NCBI RefSeq assembly: GCF_006345805.1
Contig: NC_043000.1
Location: 82,584,001-82,648,000, forward strand
From: Octopus sinensis
Lineage: Eukaryota
Direction: 5' to 3'
Length of the DNA: 64,000 nucleotides
Shown in pieces: positions 35,784-50,210 of this stretch. The translations under genes were made by a program, and so were the position numbers. Every line of letters begins with the position of its first letter. The stretch's first letter is position 1. The notes beneath the pieces were generated by a model. The model saw only the letters and a list, made by a program, of their open reading frames with translations, had not been told where the DNA came from and ran no database searches.

Positions 35784-36529
35784 AGAGAGAGAGAAGGGGA
35801 GAAGAGGAAGGAGGGAAGGCGGGAGAGATAGCAGTCTTTCACATTTCGTGTCTTCCCGTCACAAGAGAACTGAGGAACGATAACTGACCGAGGTAGCACG
35901 CAATGGTATCGAACCATGTGGTTGCGTAGCGAGCTTATTAACCACAAAACTGTGTCTACGTCAACGCATGTAAATTGAACTAAGAACTTCTACATTATTT
36001 AATCGAGCTAAGAAAGATACGTTGCGAGGTTGATTTCGGCAGGACTTGAACTCAGAACGTAAAGGACCGTAACTATTGTTGTTATGTTGTTTTTTTGTTT
36101 TATACAAAAGTCAACAATTAAGAGTTTCCCATATAATATAACTGAAGAATTGTCTGCCTTTTTTTTTCTGTATTATTAATTTGTTTGTCTTTCTAAATAC
36201 TTTATTGTTCTGTGAGAAACTAAACACCAAGTGGATCGTGTATTTGGCGTGGGAAATTTTTGAAAAGAGAAAAGGAAGGAGTGGATGCTTTAGTTGCGGC
36301 CCCTCCGTTTATAGAATGATGGAAATGTCAAAACAAAGAAAGGGCTAATAGCAAGGTCGAATACTTATTTTACAGCATTTAATTCTTGTCTGCATTTAGC
36401 AGCAGTCTTGCTAATGAGGTATGCTGTAATCGTCTATTTATAACTATATGTGCGTATGTGAGGATAAATACACACTCACATATATCCATAGCTATCTATA
36501 TACCTATCTATCTATTTATCTATCTATAT

Positions 36530-37187
<658 letters not shown>

Positions 37188-37227
37188 AATATATATATAT
37201 ATATCTTTATATATATATATACATCTT

Positions 37228-37261
<34 letters not shown>

Positions 37262-37263
<2 letters not shown>

Positions 37264-37963
37264 GAGACCATGGTTTGGTTGTATATATCATATATTCGCT
37301 AATTGTTTAAGTGCGCATGTAGACGTGAGTAGAGACAGACACCCCTTGACCTAGCGGATCATCCAGAATGTGACGGCTGGAGGGAGAGAGGCCTGCATCA
37401 GCACCCAGCTTTTACTCATTACGACTGAGCTGATTGGAGTACTTAACTCAAGGCGCAACGCACCGCCTGGTCTCGATATTGAACCGACGACCTTATGCTC
37501 ATGAGACGAATATCCTAATCACTGAGCCGCGCACCTTCGCACCTTCGCACACACATGCACCCTTACTCACTCAGTCTCTCTCTTTCACTCACTCACTCAC
37601 ACACACACACACACACACACCACACACACAGAGACCATGGTTTGGTTGTATATATCATATATTCGCTAATTGTTTAAGTGCGCATGTAGACGTGAGTAGA
37701 GACAGACACCCCTTGACCTAGCGGATCATCCAGAATGTGACGGCTGGAGGGAGAGAGGCCTGCATCAGCACCCAGCTTTTACTCATTACGACTGAGCTGA
37801 TTGGAGTACTTAACTCAAAGGCGCAACGCACCGCCTGGTCTCGATATTGAACCGACGACCTTATGCTCATGAGACGAATATCCTAATCACTGAGCCGCGC
37901 ACCTTCGCACCTTCGCACACACATGCACCCTTACTCACTCAGTCTCTCTCTTTCACTCACTCA

Positions 37964-37995
<32 letters not shown>
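37262..37995. repeat. Near-identical tandem duplication, period ~367 bp, bounded by (CA)n; contains a minus-strand family C SINE head
   Basis: Copies start at 37262 and 37629; the only non-microsatellite difference seen is ctcaaggcg vs ctcaaaggcg. Confidence 0.93.
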
Positions 37996-37999
<4 letters not shown>

Positions 38000-38624
38000 G
38001 ACAGGCAGGCAGGCAGGCAGGCAGGCAGACAGACAGACAGACAAGTCTACATATGTGTCCGTCGGAAAATCTCCCATGAATGCCTTCTGCTTAAAGAATG
38101 TATAGCTAAGCGCAGACTAACATCTTTAATGTCGCGAGCAATTTTAATCAATTATGTGAACAGAATACATTAACAATGTTTCAAACAGATAAGCCAAGAC
38201 AGAGATATGCGTCTACACAGACACACATGTTGTTGTTGTTGGTGTAGTTGTTGTTGCTACTGCTGCTGTAGTCATCGTTGTCGTTGTCATCGCTCAAGTC
38301 AACTCAGTAACATAAAAAAAAATAATAACAATAATCATTAGTGTTAATGATAATGCTTGTCAACGCGAAAATTCATATCTATTTCAAATCAGGTAAGACA
38401 ACTCCGCAATTAGTATCGATTAGAATTTGAAAGGGGTGGGTCAAGGAATAGCGAGTGAATCTGAATAATTGAGATATACGTCATTCATTCAGATAGCGTT
38501 ACTGGTGTGCATGTGGCCACTCAGTTCCTTTCTGGCGAAAACTCATCTAAATTATCTGACATGAATTGCTGGGGCTTTACTGAAAAATTTGTGTGCATGT
38601 CAGTGTCGTAGTGATGTTGTTCTT

Positions 38625-38860
38625 GCTGCTGCTGCTGCTACTACTACTACTACTATTAGTACTACTACTACGACTACTACTACTATACTACTACTACTAT
38701 AACTACTTCTACTATTACTAACATTAATAATAATAAGAAGAAGAAGAAGAAAAAGAAGAAGAAGAAAAGAAGAAGAAGAAGAAGAAGAAGAAGAAGAAGA
38801 AGAAGAAGAAGAAGAAGAAGAAGAAGAAGAAGAAGAATTATTATTATTATTATTATTATA
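38625..38860. repeat. Trinucleotide mosaic (CTG/CTA/AAG/ATT)
   Basis: Direct. Confidence 0.92.
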
Positions 38861-38999
38861 TTTGCTGCGGAACACAGTTGTGAATAGAAACACAAGGAAC
38901 CTGTTACTGTTTTTTTTTTGTTTTGTTCTTTTTTGTAGCCCCCAGAGGGGTGATTTTCGACCCACCAAATAATCTTGGGGAACATTAAATTTAATTGAA

Positions 39000-41040
39000 T
39001 CGAATACAACTCAATAAGATGGTGGACCGCGTCTTGAAAGAGATGAGAAAAAACAAAACAAAAGCTCCTACCAATATGGTAATGGATGAAGATTTCCCTC
39101 CCCTTTCCTCTGTTACAGGAGGAGGAGAAAAACAAGACTGTCATGGTACAAAGTCCAACTAACAGTAACAACAATAATAGCAGGAACACTAACAGCGATA
39201 GAAATGGCAACAGCAACAGCCGCAGCAGTAGTAGTAGTGATAGCAACAACAACCACGAAAAAGACAGCAACGGCAGCGACAGTAGCAATAGCAACAACAA
39301 CAACGAAAGCAAAAGTGACAACAGCAACAACAAAACCAATAATAACAACATCGATAAGAGTAACGACAACAACAACGGCAGCAGCAGCAACAGTTACAAC
39401 AACAAAACTAACAACGAGAATAATACCAATAACTAACAAAAACACGCTTGCAGTAACAGCGAAGAAAAAACAACGCTTTACCGTAGATTTCATAAATAGG
39501 GAGCAGATGCTATCACAGGCATGGAAACTAATAGAACAAGAGAATACCTGGGCCAACCTGACTATCCCATCAGAGGCAGTTGAAGCAGACACGGTGCTTT
39601 TCAGATGCATCTCAGCAGTCACGAAAAGAACGGCCTTAATAGCCCAAGTAGATATTGAGGCGGCGCTGAGGTGCATCAGAAATGACAACGAATGCATAGC
39701 GAGGGGCAAGCAATACGGCACCATTCGGTGCTGTTTAAGTCAGAAGCCCTAGCTATGAAACATTAAAAAAACCAGCAAAGTTATCATGTAACCCTCCTGC
39801 ATGGAGAAACGTACAGCTCGTGTTCGCATTCCTAGAAACCTACCAGGACTAGCTATTTGGTGGCTACTAGGATGCGTAATCGTAGAGGTGAGGGATACTG
39901 TCCCGACAGAGGCGACAAGAACTGCCAGGGAAGACTAGTCCGGGGTTGACCTAGAGATACTTCTCCTCATCAGACCAAAAAATAATTTTTTAAATCCCGA
40001 ACCACACCTGTCTCCAGAACGGGACAGAAATACTAATCATGGCTGAGGGCAAAAAGCCTCATTGTTTCAGGTGTGGAGAAACGACTCATTTGTGAGCTCG
40101 CTGCCCCCAACTGGTACAAAGTGCAAGGGGTCAAAGGCCTCCACTACTGCCTACGCCGGGACGAGAACCACAAACAACACCAGCACCGGCAAAACCATCA
40201 GCAACAACACCGAAGACATATCCACCCTAGAGGAAAACAAGGAAAGCTCACCCCACTCACACCAAATAAAAATACACACAGACACAGACACACAGCAACA
40301 GACCCTTCGTCTTCCAGTAGTGAAGATGAAGGAAAACAAAAGGTCCCAAGAACAAACAAAAAAAGAAAGCACAAAAATAAATTCCACATAGCATAACAAC
40401 ACTCACAATAAAAAAATACAGATACCACCAACACAAACATCTCCCCCAAAACACCAACACAGCCAACACCATCACTATCACCAGAATCCCCCAAACGCAA
40501 ACCTAAACAGGAACAGACACTCGCACAAACATCTAAAACTGCAGACACCACACCCACAGCACACACAGATACAACAGAAACAACAACAACGGGCCCATCA
40601 CAGTCACTACAGTCAAACAAACAAATTAAACAACACCAACACAAAACACCCAACTTCGTACTCATCAGAAGGGACAACGGGGAACTGATGGCTCTCGTAA
40701 CATAAAACACGGAATTTGAAACGGGAGAGAGATGATATTTGAATCGAACACATTTCGCGTACCAGAAGATTTACTTCTGGTGCGAATGACGCTCGATTCC
40801 AAAAAAAAATTCGAGATAGCTTTCCGGAGGACGTGGGGACTCCGGACGTGAGACTCAAATCGAGGCTCTTAAAGGGGTTCCTCAAAAAAGACTCCACCAA
40901 TTATGGAAGTCGAACCACCCGACCTTCACAAGACACCGGGAGGTAAGTAAACTTTTCCCTTCTCTCTTTAGCTTGCCAACATGGCCATACTAAGAGTAGG
41001 ATTTTTAAATGTTCGATTCCTGGGGTCGCGCTGGAAGCAA
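39000..41040 (+). mobile_element. 5' part of an L1/Tx1-type LINE: decayed ORF1 plus start of ORF2 endonuclease
   Basis: ORF 39204-39752; zinc knuckle CFRCGETTHL*ARC at 40063-40104; MAILRVGFLNVRFLGS at about 40981 resembles an APE N-terminus. Confidence 0.7.
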
Positions 41041-43425
41041 ATTCACTAGCCTACAGGTGCATTATTAGAGTAGGTCCACTCACACGGGCCATTTTCGTAA
41101 CATTCACCCATCTTTTAGCAAATGTACTGGGAGGCAACACTTCTCTCTCCACCCTCATATTCCTTTCTAAGTGAAATTTGAAAAAGTTGATGAAGGATTG
41201 TCCGAGAAGAAAATTGTCTGTCTTCAGTCCTTTCAACCTGGTCCATGATACAACCTCTTTCACTACTGCTATCAGACAGAGGAAAATTGCCTGCCTTTCT
41301 GAACAGATAGAAGGCGGCGAACCGATCTTTACTGTGGATTCGACCGATAACCGGATCCGTCCTACGCGTGATAACAGCTGTTCCACATAACTCGACAAGT
41401 CAGTAATGCAAAGACACTGGATGTGCGCATGCAGAACGGTTTCGTCTCTGCGCGCATCCCTAGCAGGTTCTCCTGACAGCACTTCCGTGCCTGTAGAGTT
41501 TATCTCAAACCGAGTGTTCCCCTGTAGCACTGCCAAGCAGATGGACTGCTTCACCAATGGAACCTGTCCACTCCACAAGAATTTGAAGAGGCGGCGCTCC
41601 AGCTTGGTGAGGCGCGAACGGGGGCAACGCACGACGGTCAAGCGGTAGTAGATGACGTACGTGATGTCGTTCGCATAAGCCGACACAGCTCTTCCGTGTC
41701 CCAGTTCGAGCGGGATCCCCTGCAGCAACTCCATCTTTTGCAATAGAGGATACAGAGTCAACACATACAGAGGAGAGGATAGAGGGCACCCCTGACGGAC
41801 CTATCGGGAGATCTGAAACGGTTCCAAGAGGTGGCCATTAACTTTGACCACTGAGCAGATGCTGCAGGGCATTGCAGCAATCCAGCCTCTGAAGACGGGG
41901 CCGAAGCCAGCCGCTCTGATATTGATGGTCGACCTTTCGAATACCTTCGATTGATCTAAATTGATCAGCGCACCACCGAAGTCAGGTTTACACCATACCC
42001 TTTCTATGATGTATCGCATGACGTGGAGATTGTCGTGTATGGATCTGGTCGGTATTGCGCAGGTTTGCGCCTCCCCAACCAAATCCTCGACGACAAGCGC
42101 CAACTTCTTCGCTAACACTTGGCCAAAATCTTAAAAATCTGTGTTAAGCAGAGTCATGGGCATGAAATTATCTAATGTGTCCCTGTTGTTTTCGTCTTTC
42201 CTTATCAGTGTCACTTCGCTCCGACTCACAGAACTGGGAATACTCCCGTTCTGCTGCCAGTTGCAGTAGAGGGCTTCGAGGAGATCGGAGATCAAGTCGG
42301 GCATACTTGCGCAAAGTTCACAGAGCAGACCATCTAAACCCGGTGACTTGCGCTTCGTGCAGCCAACAAGGACAGCATGAATTTCGGCTGAAGTTATCTG
42401 CCTTTCACAGCGCTCAGCGTCGGCCGTTGAGAGACGCAGCAAGCCATCGAGAGACGCGGAAAGACGTCCAGGTAGAGACTGAAGTCCGTCACCATATCTT
42501 CCCCCACCACTCTCCCCGGACAACCGAGCAAGGTACTGGCGAAAGGCCGCACACATCTGCCTGAATCATTCAGTTTGTATCCATCTTGGTTTGTCAAAGA
42601 CCAAATTGTGGTTCTGTTACCACGTTGCACCTCTGCCACGCGGGCCCATCGAACAGCTTTGATCCCCTCATTTTTTAGAGCACGCGCATTAGCTCTGGCA
42701 ATGCAACCGTCATGTTTCGCATTGAAGAACCGGTCTAATGCCATTCTCGCACGTCGGTTGCAATGCCACTGCAAATAGCCTCATCTAGTTTAGCTACTAG
42801 CCCCTCCTCCTTTCTATTTTTTAACACTACTTCTTTGTTACACCCTATCGGTATTACTCTAATCTCTCTTTTGAGAGCCGCCCACCACCTGTCGTTGACG
42901 AGCCCGCCTGTCAACTTCTGCTTAACTAAATTGTCGACCCGATCCCTGTAAGCCTTACGTGACGGAAACGACATGTTCAGCATCCAGTACCCGGGTCCTA
43001 ACCTACGCGTCTTATCTAGCTCGACCGTATAGATTACAAACTTATGATCTGAATAGGTGACCGTTTTAAAAAGTGGACATCCTACACTATTACTATCTAT
43101 TTTCCTAATAAAAATCCTATCTATATACGATCTAGATGACCTTAAGCGATTGGTTCAGGTCCACACTGGCGCATTTGGGCAATCTCGTCGGTACCTGTCA
43201 GACAGTTGTAACTGGCTGACCAAGTGCTTGAGGCTTTTGCACCCCACTCTTCTATCAGCTATTCCAACACAATCCCTAGAAAGGCTTCCAGACGCCTAAA
43301 GAAATCCGGTGTTTGGCTCCAGTAGGGGTGTAGACAGCCACCAGTCTAAAGACACTATCTCCACTATTGCTCACGTCCAGGATCACTAACTTCCCGTCCG
43401 GGTCCCTGAAGATCGACCTTAACTT
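41041..43425 (-). mobile_element. L1/Tx1-type LINE ORF2 (mid-APE, RT, C-terminus), frameshifted
   Basis: DPDGKLVILDV, YSDHK, KSPGLDGL, PMTLLNTDF, ALINLDQSKVF, VRQGCPLSP and SAYANDIT. Confidence 0.92.
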
Positions 43426-43426
43426 T

Positions 43427-43613
43427 AATTTTGGAGGAGAGAACGAGTCGATTACATCGACCCCAATGTTCAACTGGTACTTATTTTATCGACCCCGAAA
43501 GAATGAAGGGTAAAGTCGACCTCGGAGGAATTTGAACTCAGTAGGTAGTGACGGGCAAAATAACGCTAAGCATTTCGTCTGGCGCGCTAACGATTCTGCA
43601 AACTCCCCGGCTT
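43427..43613 (-). mobile_element. SINE family A
   Basis: Core and head match. Confidence 0.85.
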
Positions 43614-43634
43614 TATCTATAAACCAATATTATA

Positions 43635-43800
43635 GCTATCGCAATACCTAGGGATGCACGCATAAGTGACAAAGAACTAGAAAGATTAAAAAGTACAGAC
43701 TACTAAAAGACGCAATTGCAAGAATGTGGACTATGAAGAGAGTGTCCGTCATCCTAGTAGTTGTAGGGGCATTCGGAACACTAACAACCAAGTTCACTAA
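43635..43800 (+). mobile_element. R4/Dong-type RLE fragment
   Basis: IAIPRDARISDKELEKIKKY...WTMKRVSVILVVVGAFG. Confidence 0.8.
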
Positions 43801-43995
43801 CAACCAGTTTCAGGGAAGGGGACAAATCAATTACATCGAACCCAGTGCTCAACTGGTACTTATTTTATTGATCCCGAAACGATGAAGGGCAAAGTCAACT
43901 TCGGCGGAATTTAAACTCAGACCGTGAAGACTGAATGAAATGCCGCTAAACATTTTGCCCGGCGTGCTGACGATTCTGCCAGCTCGCAGCCTTAT
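43801..43995 (-). mobile_element. SINE family A
   Basis: Core and head match. Confidence 0.85.
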
Positions 43996-44164
43996 GTCTG
44001 ACTAATGTTGTTATTTTTACCTTACCGTATAATTATTTCTGGTTACTTGTTGTTTTTAAGATCCCTGTAATAAAATGTGTTAACACTAGTTTAACGGCAA
44101 TGCTATATAAAGTCCTACATTGAAATACGCTAATAATATGACTGTTATATCATAATATCGTCCC

Positions 44165-44326
44165 TCGTGTGTCTTTACGTTCTGAATTCAAATTCCGCCG
44201 AGGTCGACTTTGCCTTTTATCCTTTCGGTATCGATAAATTAAGTACCAGTTGCGTACTGGGGTCGATATAATCGACTGGCCCCCTACCCAAAAATTTCGG
44301 GCCTTGTGCCTAGAGTAGAACAGATT
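44165..44326 (+). mobile_element. SINE family A, 5'-truncated
   Basis: Core gaggtcgactttgccttttatcc; tail ggccttgtgcctagagtagaa. Confidence 0.85.
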
Positions 44327-46341
44327 ATAATATTGTCCTACAATAAATTGTGTTAACATTAATTTAAGTACAATGTCACATAGACGGAAACTATAGTATC
44401 TAAGCCATCTGTAGCGTTTGATAAATGAGGAAAAGATTTTTTAAATGATTGATTAGTTGTGAGATGGCCGTCAACCGTGTGTTATTTATGGGTGATAAAA
44501 TAAAATAAAACTATGTGCAACAGATAGTGACTATAGACAAAGGAGACTTCGTTGAATATCGAAAAACTGCAAGTATGCGGTGTAGCAAGTCTTACACTTC
44601 ATTTGAGAGCTGGAGGACACGGAGGAGTTTTTGATAACACTGTGTAACATGATTATTGTCCTTGGGTAGCGACTGTTATTTCCTATTTGCTTACCCCTAG
44701 AAAGTATGAAAAATGGCTAATATTTCCTTCAAATTTTGCCATTGTTACATTTATTTAAACTTCAAAGAATCCCTCTCAACACAAGGCTATGATGCTCCCC
44801 CACTACTCTTGCTCATGGTTAGAGATACACATATTGTCAGCCACTAAGCGATATGCTCAAGTAGTTACAGTCAAGCAACTTACAAGCAAATGTCTGGTGT
44901 TGAGTAGAATATTTGCTATAACGTTATTCTGTTTCAGCAACTCAGCGCTGAATCTATTTGAAATGTAAATGGGCTCAGAATGGATATAAAGAACATCTAA
45001 TATCCCATAAGGTACCTCTCTGAATTACAAGGAACGTATGAATTATAAAGGACGCAAAAACGGCAGAAACATCAAACTTCCCTATATAAATAAGCTTAAG
45101 AACAAGATACTCTGGGGTTTCCACCTAAATCATCCATAGGTTGCTGTGTCAACAATGTGCCTCTACATAATCATATGGTGTGTTAGAAATAACAGCCAAG
45201 TTTCCCTCACATCACGCCTTCCGTTTTACAAAAGAAGTACTCATTTGGATAAAATATGTCAGTATGATCCTTGCTGAAACAGCTTCCATCGCGGGTTTGC
45301 ATGATCAGAGTAGAACTTTAGCTAAACATCAACAACAATAGCAATAACAACAGAGTGAGTAAGGGACCTGATTGTTGTAAAGAGCTCAGTACCAAGAGAA
45401 ATTAGATCAATGATGAACTGGTGACACTTGAATAGGGATTAAAGATCAATAGATGAAAGGTGACAGAAGTGTCAGTAAGGCTCACAAGGAAGAGATTATA
45501 AATGTGTGGTTATTGTAACAATAATAAATGAGTTTCTCATAAACTAGAAGAAAACAATATAACTGGAGCAGAATAGAGTTCCCAATCTCACTTAGCGATG
45601 CGCTGAGAAGGTGCCCCTGGAAAGTGAAATTGAGTATTGAAGTCGGTTCAATGCCTTTCATACCATCAGTGCTTCTACTACTGTTGAGAAATAGCAGAAA
45701 AGGTATGATGAAATCTTGTTGGAGAGGTGATGTGTGGGTGTGAGACAGTGCCCTGTTTGCATATATGACGAATCACCTGCATAACTCAACAATTTGAATG
45801 GTGATGATGATCCTCGAAATAGATTTAAGAACGAATACTAGTCAGTCAGGGGAGCCTCAAATCAGTTAGCTCGGTCGATGCGCCGCAAAGTTGTCAAGGG
45901 AAGGGCCTTGAAACGGTGTGTGATAATCCCTGAAACATATTGGTATCGGGTATGTGAATACCAATATGTATCCACAATACTTGCACAAGTAAGCTCTTTC
46001 CGAGTCCCTCCCGAAGACTTTTAGAAACATTATTAAATAGCGTGTAAGGGGCCTAAAATAAAGTGTGGAATCAGTGTTTCTCATAAAAAGGAGCAAGCTT
46101 CTTGTGGGCTGGGGCCCGGGAAGATTGTGAAGGAAGCAGATAAATTGACATGTTTCATATAATTAAGATTGTTTCCAACTTTTAAACTTGTCCAACACTA
46201 TTTCGCAGTAAGGAGAATTTTATAGGTCTGAATTCTTCTCATAAATTGCTGGTCTTATACCTAAATTAGAAACACTTAATAAAAAGTGGGAGGGGCTAAA
46301 ACAATTTAGTATTTTGTGACAGCATGGTATTTGACAGTTTA

Positions 46342-46757
46342 AGGCGGCGAGCTGGCAGAAACGTTAGCACGCTGGGCGAAATGCGTGGCCGTATTTCGCC
46401 TGCCGCTACGTTCTGAGTTCAAATTCCGCCGAGGTCGACTTTGCCTTTCATCCTTTCGGGGTCGATAAATTAAGTACCAGTTACGCAATGGGGTCGATGT
46501 AATCGACTTAATCTGTTTGTCTGACCTTGTTTGTCCCCTCTGTGTTTAGCCCCTTGTGGGTAGTAAAGAAATAGGTATTTCGTCTGCCGCTACGTTCTGA
46601 GTTCAAATTCCACCGAGGTCAACTTTGCCTTTCATCCTTTCGGGGTCGATTAAATAAGTACCAGTTACGCACTGGGGTCGATGTAATGGACTTAATCCGT
46701 TTGTCTGTCCTTGTTTGTCCCCTCTGTGTTTAGCCCCTTGTGGACAATAAAGAAATA
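46342..46757 (+). mobile_element. SINE family A tandem dimer with 18-bp TSD beginning GGTATTT
   Basis: Junction at 46574; ggtatttgacagtttaag at 46326-46343 and 46758-46775. Confidence 0.93.
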
Positions 46758-47049
46758 GGTATTTGACAGTTTAAGAATGATGGTGTTAAATCGTTCTCGT
46801 CATCAATTTTCTTCATTGTCTAAAAATCTTCTTCGATTTCTGACACCATGGAAACCATTTGTGGTGAGATTCCATAGTATAGAAGAAAGAGTCGCCAGGT
46901 CCATACCCTAGAACTTACTCTTCAAAATCTCTATATCCATGACATAACTGTACTGAGATGGAATGCCTTTCAGTTAACGTAGAGATGATGGTTCCACAGT
47001 CCCTCATGGTCTACCTCGAAGCTTTGACTCAGTGTGTGAAGAGGCTGGT

Positions 47050-47305
47050 GACACGGGCACCGGTGGAATTTTGAATCTCCAGAGAGAATTTGAACTCAGA
47101 ACGCAGAGAACTGGAACAGACATCATGAAACATTCCGTCCGACACTCTAACAATTCTACCTATTCACCAATCTGCACTGGCATTTTAGTTATCGTTTACA
47201 GAAGATGGAAAGCAAAGTTGACGTCGGCGGGATTTGAATTCAAAGTGCAGAAGGCCGAAACAAATACCACAAGGCATTCTATCCGGCACTTTAACAACAA
47301 AGCCA
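47050..47305 (-). mobile_element. Two partial SINE family A copies
   Basis: gaatttgaactcagaacg and gcgggatttgaattcaaag segments. Confidence 0.65.
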
Positions 47306-47439
47306 GTTTTTGTCATGTACTTTTGCTAGTTCCTCCATTTTTCTCCGGGCAATATAAATATAGACGTTTTAATCTAGCACAATTAGTATAAAAGGCTTTT
47401 TGATATGAAATTATATGTCTGAATTCCCTTCTAAAGATA

Positions 47440-47840
47440 ACACTGATCTTGCTGCCAAATCAGAATATATCCACAGTCACAATCGATCAACGGGTGTATC
47501 TATGGGCAACCCTTCGACGTGAAAATTGTGAAGGGATGATGTTAAATTACACCAAACACTGTATATGATAGCAATCTGACCAAATTCGTCTGTCCAGACT
47601 GACAAGACTTTAAGGCAAATAATTATCAATGACAAGGACGAGAATCTTTCTACTCTGATAGACATATCGATCTTTTGTGACTAAAAACATCGCTCCAGAG
47701 GAAATAGAGAAGCCATCAAAATACAAGATTTTGAAATGAAACAAGCGAGATGCGTGTTATGAAAATAGAGTAGTAGTAACAATTGGATCACGAGATACGA
47801 TTACAATCTTGAACAAAAACATATTAGCCATGCAAAGGAT
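47440..47840 (+). mobile_element. R4/Dong-type RLE fragment, decayed
   Basis: LAAKSEYIHSHNR, STLIDISI and EEIEKPSKYK. Confidence 0.65.
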
Positions 47841-48105
47841 CACAAACCTACACCCAACGCAAAAGAATAACCAGCTCTGTTATGCGCAAGTCACTTTTTA
47901 TTCACTTGTACAACTGACAGTGTACACTCTCGGTGTACATACATATATTACATCCTTACCGCCCAGTAAAATAACACAGCATGCCCAACATATACAATAT
48001 ACAGTACATCACCCCACCCACCCAATAATACTCAACATTATCTTCACTTAATGATATAATACAAGAAGGCACAACAACTATTCAACAAAATCACCACCTA
48101 ATTAT

Positions 48106-48410
48106 GAAGGCGCGTGGCTTAGTGGTTAGGGGTATTCGACTCACGATCGTGAGGTCGTAAGTTCGAAAACCGCCTTGTGTCTTTGAGCAAGACACTTTAT
48201 TTCTCGTTGCTCTCGTCCGCTCAGTTGGCAGAAATGTGTAGTAGCTGTAATTTAAAGGCATAACCTTGTCATTTTCTGTGACACGTAGAATCTCCTTGAT
48301 AAATACATTAAGGATACGCGTGTTTGTGGAGTGCTCAACCACTTGCACGTTAATTTCACGAGCAAACTGTTCCTCCGTTGATCGGATCAAGTGGAACCCT
48401 TGTAACCAGT
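48106..48410 (+). mobile_element. SINE family C
   Basis: gaaggcgcgtggcttagtggttaggg...agttcgaa...tctttgagcaagacacttta. Confidence 0.8.
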
Positions 48411-48579
48411 CACCCATATAACACAACCCATACATACTCTACAGAATCGCCAGCTGACAGACACTAAAAAAAAACACACAACTCATAGAACATATACGGC
48501 ACACTAACACCCCCAACAAAGTAACACAGCACATGTTGCATCTAATCTATACAAGAAATAGACAGAATATTGATTTTAA

Positions 48580-48772
48580 ATTTTGACACAAAGTCAGCAA
48601 ATTCGGGAGAGGGGATAAATCGATTATATCTACCCCGCCCCAGTGCTCAACCGGTGCTTATTTTATCGACTCCGAAATGCAAAGTTGATCTCGGCGGCAT
48701 TTGAACTCAGAACTTAAAGACGGACGAAATGTCGCTAAGCTTGCTAACAATCTTCATAACTTGCCGCCTTAA
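48580..48772 (-). mobile_element. SINE family A
   Basis: Core and head match. Confidence 0.8.
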
Positions 48773-49109
48773 ACAGATAGAATATCAAAATTACACTTGC
48801 AACAACAAAACAGACCCCAGAATATTGAAAAACAGGAAAATATTTAGCACTCGAACATTTCTACACACCCACCCAAAAACCATACTCCACCCACCTTAGG
48901 ATTCTTTACATGTGTTTTAGTATCAACATATCATCAGTTACGGCACCTTGAGACCACATTGGACTATGTATTGGTAGAAGATAGATCTTTTGACCAGTGG
49001 AAGCTGTCAGTTTCACAGAAAGTGAAAGAATACACACTCCTATCTGATCAATTGCTCATAGAAATCATTGTAGTAGAAGCACTGGCGAAAGTAGAAGTAC
49101 TAAAGCGAT

Positions 49110-50210
49110 TTCAATCCTAGCCTTCACCATTTTACTTTTCATGAAGGATAGTTTCTTCTCAGCACATTTCTAAGTGAAACTAGTAACCCTACTCACAATG
49201 TCTTCTTTTTACCCACCTAGCAGTCCGAACTGAGCCAAACTCCAAGCAATTTAATCGGAACGTCGGTCCGGCGACAGAATCCACAGAACTGCATGGACTG
49301 GACTCACCAGGTACCGAGTCGCAAGTCCCCCACCCCTGCTTGATTAATGTGAGTTCATATTATCACCTAGTACTTCTATGATAATTAGCCGAGCAGCAAG
49401 ATTTAAGATATTCCAACACAATGACGTCGACTGTATATGAAGATACGACTTTCCTGTCACAGTTCGAACTGCATGCCTCTCAATATCTCCAACTTTCCTA
49501 ACAGCGTTTTCAGTGCTAAAACATTCATGGACTGAGTGTATGGTAGGAAGCAATCTCAACGTGACACATTTATTTAGTCTGACCACTGAACAAATGCTGC
49601 AAAACATTGTAGCAATCCAGCCTCTGAAGACGAGATTGAAACCGGCTGGTAGTTATTATGAGGTTGGCTTATAACGATCAGGTCCTCACCTGAGATAGAT
49701 CTAGTACTGATGTAGAGGTTGTTGGAGGTTTGCGAATTTCTCATTATCGACCCTAGTGCTCGTGCCCACCTCATAGCGATCACCTTTGCTAAAGTATTTA
49801 ACTCGGTGTTTACCAGTGTTATGGGACTAAAGTTGCCTACTTTGCTCCCCCCCCCCAATTATTCTTCATCAGTGCCGCATCTCCATGAATAATTCAATTT
49901 TGATTTTGTTAGACTGGTTCCAGTTACGATAGGCATCTATCACAGAAGCAAAAAGATTTCATATGGTACAAAACAGTTCGAAAAGCAGATCACAAAGTCC
50001 AGTGATTTGCTCCTAGAACCGCTGATTAACACATCCTCAGCAGCAGAAATCGGCTTTTGACAGTATTTTACCTTCCAGCAAGAGTTGTGGCAGACTATCG
50101 AAGTAACTAACTCCACTGACTCTTGTCTGTCACTTGCTGAAAAACTGGAACATATTTAAGTGGTATTGGATAGCACCTGCTTGTTGCTATCAATGAAAGA
50201 TCCCAGCTAT
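49110..50210 (-). mobile_element. L1/Tx1-type LINE RT fragment, decayed
   Basis: NFSPITLVNTELNTLAKVIA, LRLGTW and PIKLLGVW. Confidence 0.8.

Noticed and set aside
38683-39724. Leu-rich 235-aa and Val/Ala-rich 203-aa minus-strand ORFs
   Set aside because: Antisense of trinucleotide repeats and of the LINE ORF1 low-complexity region.
45500-46320. Possible additional retroelement or exon
   Set aside because: No motif could be recognised in any frame; left unannotated.
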